From the IMG/VR virus record IMGVR_UViG_3300020045_001405, positions 1 to 26,444 of that record: a DNA stretch of 26,444 nt; one strand, 5' to 3'. Below are positions 10,069 through 17,618 of the stretch, one piece after another. A program made the position numbers and the translations under genes. Position 1 is the first letter of the stretch. Each line of letters begins with the position of its first letter. The notes under the pieces are model-generated. The model saw nothing but the letters and a program-made list of their open reading frames with translations, ran no database searches and had not been told where the DNA came from. Source of the DNA: a virus (Duplodnaviria > Caudoviricetes).

Positions 10069-10686
10069 TTATTTTCTACTTTTTAGTAATCTAAAACCTA
10101 TTTTAATATTGTGGGTTTTGTCTAGAACGCCATATCTATAACCAACTTCAACCTTTTTTACCATCAAATCTGCTCCTAATGAAGCATTAAATTTGTTCAT
10201 ATTACCACCTATTTCAGAGTTTAAAAATACTTGCCATTTTGGCGGTCTAACTAATGTATCTACTCTTAATGTATTAATAGTTGTAGTATTATTGATTATT
10301 AAAGGAATTTTAAGTTTATAATCCATTTTAATAGAATCTAATCTTCCTACTACTTTAGCAGTATAATAAAGGGTTTGATTCTCATCTTCTACTGAATCAG
10401 CATAAGTTCTATACATTTTACATATAGATTCATTTTCAAGACTATTAGAATTATATGGTGTTTCTTCTATGATTCTAGGGGATTTAATCCACTTTGTTTG
10501 AATAATAGTATCTACAGCTCTAATTGTATCATGTACAATTAAAGTGTCTGAAATGGGTTTTCCTTGGATTATTGTTCCATTAGATGTTCCTCCGTCTCCA
10601 CATTGTCTTAATAGCAATAATATTCCTATAATTGCAAATAATATTGTAATTATATAATTTTTAAACTTGTCCATCAGTTCCTCCAT
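10069..10686 (-). CDS. Putative spanin-like membrane/lipoprotein
   Basis: N-terminal TM (YIITILFAIIGILLLL) followed by RQC, DT-rich beta repeats (DTLIVHDTIRAVDTII) and C-terminal amphipathic beta-strands ending KIGFRLL. Last gene of the lysis trio. The start may be ATG 10674 (MDKFKN). Confidence 0.6.
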   Translation of the reverse strand: MEELMDKFKNYIITILFAIIGILLLLRQCGDGGTSNGTIIQGKPISDTLIVHDTIRAVDTIIQTKWIKSPRIIEETPYNSNSLENESICKMYRTYADSVEDENQTLYYTAKVVGRLDSIKMDYKLKIPLIINNTTTINTLRVDTLVRPPKWQVFLNSEIGGNMNKFNASLGADLMVKKVEVGYRYGVLDKTHNIKIGFRLLKSRK

Positions 10687-10936
10687 TAATTTTTTTAGCT
10701 TCTTCTGTTTTACCTAAGTTATAACCTGCAGCTAATAATAATGGTGAAGATGCTATTGTAAATTCCATAGCTGTTAATGTTCCTGAAACAATTTCATATA
10801 TTATTAATGCTATATAAGCAAATACTACTACACTTGTAAAAGTAAATCTTTCTAGTCTTTTAGAACTAAAAAAACTTGATTTTGAGCTTAATGTTTTTAA
10901 CCATTCAAATGCTACTGTTCTAATTTTATTCCACAT
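10661..10936 (-). CDS. Putative holin (2 TM)
   Basis: 91 aa with an SSKR motif followed by two hydrophobic segments and a charged C-terminus. Lies between the lysin-like and spanin-like genes. Confidence 0.65.
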   Translation of the reverse strand: MWNKIRTVAFEWLKTLSSKSSFFSSKRLERFTFTSVVVFAYIALIIYEIVSGTLTAMEFTIASSPLLLAAGYNLGKTEEAKKINGGTDGQV

Positions 10937-10937
10937 A

Positions 10938-11357
10938 CTATTCTATTATTAATGTTATATTGGTCTGTCCATCTAATCTTTTCATAAGTCTAGTAAAACA
11001 ATCTCTAGACATACCAACACCATTAGGTGTTCTTACTGTTCCTACAATTATACAACCATGAGAATCAATAGCTGTATTTCCTGCATGTATACGTATACCT
11101 GTAAATTCAGGTACATTTAATACTTCAGGCATAAGTTTTTTAAATCTATTAGACATAGATAGAATTACTTTATAAGTACCTTTAGGTATTGCTGTTTCAC
11201 CATATATTTTAGCTTCTCCATCATCTTTTAAATCACCATCATTATTTTTATCTCTTACTACATCTTCCACTGTATAGCAGAATTGTATACCATCAATAAA
11301 TAATTCACCTAATGTATAAGATGAATTTAAATGAGTTCTTTTTAGTTTTAGTTCCAT
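10938..11357 (-). CDS. DUF5675 family protein, putative endolysin (L,D-transpeptidase-like His/Cys)
   Basis: L.LKR......T.G.L.IDG..FCYT.ED, GETAIP.GTY.V and IRIHAGNT..DS.GCI.VG motifs characteristic of DUF5675. Adjacent to holin- and spanin-like genes. Only TAG stop in the window. Confidence 0.85.
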   Translation of the reverse strand: MELKLKRTHLNSSYTLGELFIDGIQFCYTVEDVVRDKNNDGDLKDDGEAKIYGETAIPKGTYKVILSMSNRFKKLMPEVLNVPEFTGIRIHAGNTAIDSHGCIIVGTVRTPNGVGMSRDCFTRLMKRLDGQTNITLIIE

Positions 11358-11358
11358 G

Positions 11359-12237
11359 TTATAATTGAGCTGCTGTTAATGATTTAATTTGTTTAGCTAA
11401 TATTTCTAAATCAGATACTATTTTACCATATGTATCTTCAGTTATATGTCCTGCTTGTAATTCATCCCATACTGCTATTGCAATTTGATTTACTGTTGGT
11501 ACAACATTATTACCAATTATGTAACCAGCTGTTCCAACAGCATATGCTCCTGGTAAAGCAGTAGACCAAGGGTCTCCTCCAGCACCTGCATTACCCATAG
11601 CTTCACCCATAGTTCCAGATGCATTATAATCTGCTGTTAAAGCATTCCAAACACCATCAACTATTTGTTGTACATCAGCTTCTGACTGATTAACATATAT
11701 ATTTGCTTCTAATGAAAGAGTTCCTCTTAATCCTGCAGTGACAGAACTTGTTCCTGCTAATACAGAATTCATGTAAGCAATTACATTTAATCCTGCTGTT
11801 AAACTACCTGTACCAGATAATGAAGCTGCTAAAGAAACAATACCAACTAAACTAGCTGTTGTAATAGTTCCACTACCGTTTAATGAAGCAGCCAAAGCTG
11901 TTATTAATGATAATTGAGCATCTGTAATAGTACCACTTCCAGTTAATCCAGCAAGGATATTAATTCCCATAGATAATCCAGAAGCTTGTGATGCAACACC
12001 ATTAATTGTTGTAGTAGAACTTAATAAAGCTCCTTTATCACCCATTACAATTGAATATGGTGGATTAGTTCCTGTTGGAAAACTATCTCTTTTAATTTGT
12101 TCTATATTATCATCTACTTGTGCTCTACCATAATATCCACGCATAGTATGTGGTTGAATAAACTTCACAGGACTAGTTACGCCACTATGATTATGACCAC
12201 ATATTTGACTAACATAAGAATAGTTGCGAATTAACAT
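11359..12237 (-). CDS. Repeat-containing fibre/shaft protein of the accessory cassette
   Basis: About 19-20 aa repeats (LTGSGTIT.A.L....LAASL) and two I...VW[ND]...GT.G repeats near the C-terminus. Start reassigned to ATG 12237 (TAATG overlap with the upstream stop). Confidence 0.6.
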   Translation of the reverse strand: MLIRNYSYVSQICGHNHSGVTSPVKFIQPHTMRGYYGRAQVDDNIEQIKRDSFPTGTNPPYSIVMGDKGALLSSTTTINGVASQASGLSMGINILAGLTGSGTITDAQLSLITALAASLNGSGTITTASLVGIVSLAASLSGTGSLTAGLNVIAYMNSVLAGTSSVTAGLRGTLSLEANIYVNQSEADVQQIVDGVWNALTADYNASGTMGEAMGNAGAGGDPWSTALPGAYAVGTAGYIIGNNVVPTVNQIAIAVWDELQAGHITEDTYGKIVSDLEILAKQIKSLTAAQL

Positions 12238-13415
12238 TATCCCCAAACAAAGTTTAATTGACCACTTACTGCACTAGATACAGGCGTTGCCACACCACTA
12301 CCCCATCCAAAATACAAAGCCGCACCATCATAAATTCTTGGCAATGAAGGATACTCAAATAAAAGATTTCTTTCACTTGCTAAACCTAAAGTACTAATAG
12401 GAAATCTTGTTATCTCTTTGATTAAAGCTACAGTGTATGTTCCTGAAACATAAGATGTAGAATTTCTAATAGTATTTATTTCAGCAATACCAGCATCACC
12501 TGCTTGTAGAGGCATCATATAATTATATTTACCTGTACCAGTAGCACCTGTGTAAACAATTTGACTATTAGGACAAGCTGTTTTACCTATTGGTAATACT
12601 GTTGGTGTAGCTCTTGTTGTAACTTGTGCTGAATTTGTATATTCTAAACTCATATTTGGAGTTCCCGCACCTAATGGAGTAGCAGATGGATTAAAAATAA
12701 TTGCCTGCACACCTGCACCATTTGTATAACGTGGCAACAACCAGTTCAATGTGTGTGTACCAGTTCCAGTTGTTGTAATATCTATTTGTGTACCAGCAAT
12801 AGCATTTGCATAAGATGTTGCTAATTTATAAGTATTATTATCAACTCTAATTAAATAATAATCTGTAGCTGCTACTAATGGAGCAGGTAATGTAGTAGTA
12901 GTACTTACTCTAACTCTTGTACCTGTAAGTAAATTACTAGGTAAAGATGTTGTAGATGTATAAGTCATTATATCTGTTGTATCATCTGCAGTGAAAGTAG
13001 CCGTTCTTGTAGATATAGTATTTGTTGTTGCTTGTGCTGTTGTAGTAGTTACAGTTGTTACTCTATAATAACCAATAATATCCCAAAGAACTAAAGTTCC
13101 TGGTGCCATTGTAGCTGCTGCAGTAACAGCATGTCCACTTAATAAATACTTGTTATATCCACTAGCCTGAACATCACCACCATGTTGAAGTGTACCTGCA
13201 GAAGTTGTATCATCTTCTACTGGTATAAATGTTAAATTGGCTCCAGTATCAAACAAAGCATCTGCTCCTGGATTACCTGCGCCTCTAGCTAAAGAGTGCC
13301 ACTCATTTGCAACACAAACTGTTGTTGGTTGCATATTTTTACCAAATGGAGCATTCCATGTTTGTCCAGCACTTAATGCTGCAATTATTTGGTCATTACT
13401 TGAAAATCCTGCCAT
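12237..13415 (-). CDS. Accessory cassette beta-rich protein B (paralogue of 13430-14332) with an inserted ~90 aa domain
   Basis: Shares M.GF, W..L....G.P, LPRYT.G.GVQ, YTNS, PLQ.GD.G and RIYD.A.L.F with the neighbouring gene. Thr-rich. Confidence 0.6.
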   Translation of the reverse strand: MAGFSSNDQIIAALSAGQTWNAPFGKNMQPTTVCVANEWHSLARGAGNPGADALFDTGANLTFIPVEDDTTSAGTLQHGGDVQASGYNKYLLSGHAVTAAATMAPGTLVLWDIIGYYRVTTVTTTTAQATTNTISTRTATFTADDTTDIMTYTSTTSLPSNLLTGTRVRVSTTTTLPAPLVAATDYYLIRVDNNTYKLATSYANAIAGTQIDITTTGTGTHTLNWLLPRYTNGAGVQAIIFNPSATPLGAGTPNMSLEYTNSAQVTTRATPTVLPIGKTACPNSQIVYTGATGTGKYNYMMPLQAGDAGIAEINTIRNSTSYVSGTYTVALIKEITRFPISTLGLASERNLLFEYPSLPRIYDGAALYFGWGSGVATPVSSAVSGQLNFVWG

Positions 13416-13429
13416 TTATTTTATTTTAA

Positions 13430-14332
13430 TTAAGTCCATATTACTTTTAAATCCCCTCTTAACAAAGCTGTTGTTGAGAAGAATGATGTTTGTGGTAAAA
13501 CTATAAAATTTAGAAATGCATCATCATAAATTCTAGTTAACTCACTACTATATATTAAAAAATCTTTTTCATTTGGTGTAGCAATTGTTCCTGCTGTTGA
13601 AATAGCTGATTCAGCAAAACATGTTTGGGCAATTGGTTTTACAAGAATTAATGTAAATAAACCTGTATCAACACCATTCATTGTACAAGATTCAATTAAT
13701 TGAACACCACTATCTCCATCTTGTAGAGGAATCATCCAACCAGCACTACCAGCTACAGCTCTATCACTATTGGTTATTGAACCAATAACAGTGGATGTAT
13801 TTTGTGTACATATTTTACTAACTCTTCCAGAAACACCATCTGAGTTAGTATATTTTACAGTGAATGTTTGTCCACCAGTTCTAGCACCAGTAGTAACAGC
13901 CATTATTTGTACACCTTTACCATCTGTATATCTTGGTAATGTAACACTATTTGTCATTATTTGTTCATCTGTTGTACCATCATCAATAGAAGGATAGTAT
14001 AACAAATAATCCAATAAAACAGCATTCATTGGTGCTAAAGATGTTGTATTAGCACTTTGTGCTTGACAAGTTATTTTTCTTAAAAATTTCTCACTAGGAG
14101 AAACATTTGAACCATGAAAAATACCACCATCTGTAGATTGATAAATAGCTTTAGCTACTAATGGTGCTGCATCAAACCAATATTTAGGAGTAGGCATACC
14201 TGGACTCATTGATAAATCAAACCATATACCTATAGTAGTTCCTTGAACAGGAGTTTTACGCCAGATATAGTCTCTAACTTTACCATCCAATTCTGCATTA
14301 ATTAATTCTCCTATGGTTTTAAATCCTACCAT
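13430..14332 (-). CDS. Accessory cassette beta-rich protein A (paralogue of 12237-13415)
   Basis: 300 aa. Carries LPRYTDGKGVQ, YTNSDG, IPLQDGDSGV and RIYDDAFLNF. TAATG-coupled to the Zn-ribbon gene. Confidence 0.6.
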   Translation of the reverse strand: MVGFKTIGELINAELDGKVRDYIWRKTPVQGTTIGIWFDLSMSPGMPTPKYWFDAAPLVAKAIYQSTDGGIFHGSNVSPSEKFLRKITCQAQSANTTSLAPMNAVLLDYLLYYPSIDDGTTDEQIMTNSVTLPRYTDGKGVQIMAVTTGARTGGQTFTVKYTNSDGVSGRVSKICTQNTSTVIGSITNSDRAVAGSAGWMIPLQDGDSGVQLIESCTMNGVDTGLFTLILVKPIAQTCFAESAISTAGTIATPNEKDFLIYSSELTRIYDDAFLNFIVLPQTSFFSTTALLRGDLKVIWT

Positions 14333-14550
14333 TAGTTACTAAACTGACTTCTACCATAAGCATGTCCATCTAAGTCACATGTTATAGGAGCTTTTTTAAT
14401 TATATAAAATTTTACACCAAAAAAAGCTTGTACTTTTTCTAGCCATCCTAATGGTTTACGTTCAACTTGAACTAAACAATTACATTTTCTAATTGGTTGA
14501 GGTAAATCTTTTACAAGAACACCTAATCCACATTTACTACATTTATACAT
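14332..14550 (-). CDS. Small Zn-ribbon-like protein
   Basis: 72 aa with CSKC...CNC...C....H. Preceded by a promoter and translationally coupled to the next gene. Confidence 0.6.
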   Translation of the reverse strand: MYKCSKCGLGVLVKDLPQPIRKCNCLVQVERKPLGWLEKVQAFFGVKFYIIKKAPITCDLDGHAYGRSQFSN

Positions 14551-14576
14551 ACTTTAACTGTTTTAATATTAATTTA

Positions 14577-14608
14577 CAAAGTTACAAAATAAAATCTATA
14601 TTTGCAAC
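14577..14608 (-). promoter_or_regulatory. Bacteroidota/Flavobacterium-type promoter for the accessory cassette
   Basis: Minus strand GTTGC-N19-TAACTTTG, 26 nt upstream of ATG 14550. An opposite-strand TATATTTG (14597-14604) overlaps it. Confidence 0.7.
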
Positions 14609-14632
14609 TTATTTTAGTAATATTTTAGATTA

Positions 14633-15076
14633 TTAATCTTCAGTTACAGTTAAAGCAGACGCAGCAAATTGAGGTTGAATACCAGAAGATACTGAACGAG
14701 AAGCAGTTAGAGCACCAGAGTAAAGAATTACTCCTGCTGTTGGATAAGCTGAAGTTCCAATACTTACATAAGTAATTGTTTCAGAACCACCTGTACATTC
14801 AGGAAATTGAGCTAATGCAAAATTTGTGGCAGTATTGGTAGCTACAGTCCATCCTGCCCCACTTCTAGCTACAGCAACTCTATCATATGATGTATATGCA
14901 CATTCATTTGTTGTTTGGTCACCTGCTTCACCAGGGTCTGCTGTATGTAATGCAAGATATAAACTACCAGCTGTTGCAGAATTTTGAATTCCACCAGCAT
15001 CACCAATATTTGCTATATCAACATTGTTAAACAATAATTGTAATAGACTGTTTTCAAAACTGTTTGATTTACTCAT
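14633..15076 (-). CDS. Tail fibre-associated adaptor/structural protein
   Basis: 147 aa. S..FEN.LL...FN, LYLALHTADPGE, Y.R.AV, FP..TG..ETIT...IG, LYSGAL and P.F....L...ED match a widespread small phage tail-associated family. Confidence 0.65.
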   Translation of the reverse strand: MSKSNSFENSLLQLLFNNVDIANIGDAGGIQNSATAGSLYLALHTADPGEAGDQTTNECAYTSYDRVAVARSGAGWTVATNTATNFALAQFPECTGGSETITYVSIGTSAYPTAGVILYSGALTASRSVSSGIQPQFAASALTVTED

Positions 15077-15077
15077 T

Positions 15078-15536
15078 TTATATTATATTTATATATTCTA
15101 CGTTATTATTACTATCATAAGTTAATTGTTTATTATAAGTATAACTATCTGATATTCTTGTTACTTCTATATTTGATAAATTCTCTCCTGTGTAAGTAAA
15201 TATAACATCAAATAATTTTATTAATTCTGTTGAATCTTCAAAAACTTCTTTTTGAGTAATATTTCCATTTACATCATAAGTAAATTTTTTAAATTTTAGT
15301 AATGAACTACTTTGTAATTCTAATTCTATTTGATTAATTATATCTGTATTATCTGATATAACTGTTTGAACAGTAGAATTGGTATTAGTTATTACTTGTG
15401 ATGCTTTATCTAATAATCTTAATCTACCATCTTTAGTACCTATATATACGTTTTCATCATCACCATAGTATTTTCTACCAGGTGTTGCTAGTTTTCTAGT
15501 GTGTATAATTTTAAGGTCATTAGCAGATTGAGCCAT
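15078..15536 (-). CDS. Hypothetical protein with YD-like beta-hairpins
   Basis: 152 aa. C-terminal FTYDVNGNI, FTYTGENL and LTYDSNNNV repeats. TAATG-coupled to the upstream gene. Confidence 0.55.
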   Translation of the reverse strand: MAQSANDLKIIHTRKLATPGRKYYGDDENVYIGTKDGRLRLLDKASQVITNTNSTVQTVISDNTDIINQIELELQSSSLLKFKKFTYDVNGNITQKEVFEDSTELIKLFDVIFTYTGENLSNIEVTRISDSYTYNKQLTYDSNNNVEYINII

Positions 15537-15784
15537 TATTTTTCTTTCTTTTTAAAAATATATGGTAAGTTATTATATAAACGTGTAATTAATTTTTTCC
15601 AACCTTCTGATATTTTGTCTTGATTTATTAATAAAAATACTAAGAAAGATAATACTGAAATTCCTTTAACAACTAATGACATAATATCATCTGCAATTTG
15701 AAAATTTAATGCTACACCTGCAGTTGTTGTTCCGCTTCCTAATAATATATAATTTATTGCTTCATGTAATTTTTCTTGTGACAT
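15536..15784 (-). CDS. Small membrane protein, holin/antiholin-like
   Basis: 82 aa with 1-2 hydrophobic segments (MSLVVKGISVLSFLVFLLI) and a highly basic C-terminus (IFKKKEK). Confidence 0.55.
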   Translation of the reverse strand: MSQEKLHEAINYILLGSGTTTAGVALNFQIADDIMSLVVKGISVLSFLVFLLINQDKISEGWKKLITRLYNNLPYIFKKKEK

Positions 15785-15809
15785 AGTCTTTTATTTTTAT
15801 TATTATTTT

Positions 15810-17618
15810 TTAATATGTTCCTCTTGCTGTTTCATAAATTCTAAATGTTCCAGAACCTACATATGTTTCTTTTCTAGTAAATTCAATCCAACTTGATGTT
15901 GTTCCATTAATAACAGCATCTACTCCTCCTGAACAAATTGGTTGATTAGCTCCTGTAGCATGTGTAAATGTTACTGTTAATCCAGTTTCTGGTGCAAATC
16001 TTACAGGTTGAAAAACTGGAAAGTTTGCAAATAAATTTATTGTTTCTGTTGCATTTGTAGATGTTAATTCTAATATTCCAATATAATTAAAAGGTATTGT
16101 AACATCTAATGTAGTTGCACAAGTAATACTTAATTCTTCATCAAAATTAGAAAATCCAGGACTTAATTTTTTATAACTATATGCTTTATTTGATAATGTA
16201 ATACTATCAGCTTCTTCATATGCAGATATTTGACAACTTAATAAAGTGTTATATACATGTATAATACAATCTACTGAACCACCAATAAAATTACATCCAT
16301 TAATATTACTTGTCATTGTATTATCAACATTTAATATTGCTGCACCAGTAATAAAATTATCTCTAATTGCACTAGCTTTACTATTTACAATTTGAAAATA
16401 CGTATCTCTATTGAATGCTATATTGTATACAACACTATCATTTCCCCATTGAAATCCATCTAAAATTGATATAGAGTTTTGACGCTTATCTGTTCTTTGC
16501 CAAATAAAATCAGCTGCTAAATCATAAAAAATACTATCTGCTTCTGCAATATAACCCATATTAACTGTTGATTTTGGTAATACTGTATATACAGATGGTG
16601 TTACTGATGGATTAGTTCCTAATGGAAGTGCAGATATATCTATAACTTGATAATGTAAACCATCCCAAAATACAATATCACCATCAGCATAAGAACCTTC
16701 ATCTGTATCAACCCAAACTTTATAATTTGTTCCTTTAGCAAAACCTGTTAATGTTGTTGTTCCTGAATAATCTCCAACATCTTGGAAATCTGGATTTAAA
16801 AATATACCAATTGCATCTAATGATAATTTAGATGAAGAAACTGCTTGAATTATAATTCCATTATCTGCTCTATCTGTTATATTATAAAAAGTTCCTGCAG
16901 TCATTGTTTCTGCATTATACAAAGTTAATAAATCAGCATATGTAATATTAATTATACTTCCATTTAAAGGAATCCAAATTGTTCCATTATAATAATAATG
17001 TAATCCAACGCTGCTATTAAATATTGTTAAACCTGTAGCAGGAGAAACTATAGCATTCATTTGAGCAGTAGTCATTGTTGGAAATCTCAATCCTTTTGTT
17101 GTAGAAACAACATCTAACATTGAACTTGCATGTGGAGATGTTGTTCCTACACCAATATTACTTGTTGTAGTTACAGTTCCACTAGTACCTATTTTTACTC
17201 TTGGTATACCAGCAGTTTTTAAATGTAATTCTTTTACATCATTAGAACCAATAACAATATTACCAAGACCACTATTTCCTCCTTGTAAAATTGCTGTTCC
17301 AGGATAAATAACCCAAGAAGTTCCATTATATCTTAATGTTTTAAGAAGACTTGTTACATATACTATATCATCTGATATAGGTGTACTATATACCCATGCT
17401 CCTCCATCCCAAATTGCTCCTTCATTAGCATGTCCAACCCAAACTCCTGTTGGTGATGTACCTATTAAATATGCATCATCAATAGATGGTCCTACTGCCG
17501 GTGTATTAGTTTGAGATATTACTATTGAAGGGTCAAATTCTGTAACAGCACCAGTATAAGAAGATGAGTTTGAGTTATTTCCACCAAATATTCTTTTTCC
17601 TTTTAATTCATTTCCCAT
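15810..17618 (-). CDS. Mosaic tail fibre / receptor-binding protein (DUF2793-like N-domain)
   Basis: 602 aa. DAYLIG..PTG.W.GHANE.A.WDG.AW (DUF2793-like), NIGVGTTSP..SS.LDV.STTKG..FP.MT..Q..AI.SPATGL (common in flavobacterial proteins), ITY..L..L......G..Y.ITD fibre motif and an Asn-rich beta-helix-like segment. Confidence 0.7.
   Translation of the reverse strand: MGNELKGKRIFGGNNSNSSSYTGAVTEFDPSIVISQTNTPAVGPSIDDAYLIGTSPTGVWVGHANEGAIWDGGAWVYSTPISDDIVYVTSLLKTLRYNGTSWVIYPGTAILQGGNSGLGNIVIGSNDVKELHLKTAGIPRVKIGTSGTVTTTSNIGVGTTSPHASSMLDVVSTTKGLRFPTMTTAQMNAIVSPATGLTIFNSSVGLHYYYNGTIWIPLNGSIINITYADLLTLYNAETMTAGTFYNITDRADNGIIIQAVSSSKLSLDAIGIFLNPDFQDVGDYSGTTTLTGFAKGTNYKVWVDTDEGSYADGDIVFWDGLHYQVIDISALPLGTNPSVTPSVYTVLPKSTVNMGYIAEADSIFYDLAADFIWQRTDKRQNSISILDGFQWGNDSVVYNIAFNRDTYFQIVNSKASAIRDNFITGAAILNVDNTMTSNINGCNFIGGSVDCIIHVYNTLLSCQISAYEEADSITLSNKAYSYKKLSPGFSNFDEELSITCATTLDVTIPFNYIGILELTSTNATETINLFANFPVFQPVRFAPETGLTVTFTHATGANQPICSGGVDAVINGTTSSWIEFTRKETYVGSGTFRIYETARGTY

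Noticed and set aside
10926-10940. Stop-codon recoding (TAG=Gln or TGA=Trp) as in some crAss-like phages
   Set aside because: Late genes are intact and tightly packed under code 11 with no in-frame TAG/TGA. The single TAG stop is followed by TAA four codons on, so it is uninformative.
12238-12246. Track start MGIM of the 295-aa ORF
   Set aside because: It is a TTG inside the upstream gene. ATG 12237 forms the TAATG overlap used throughout the window.
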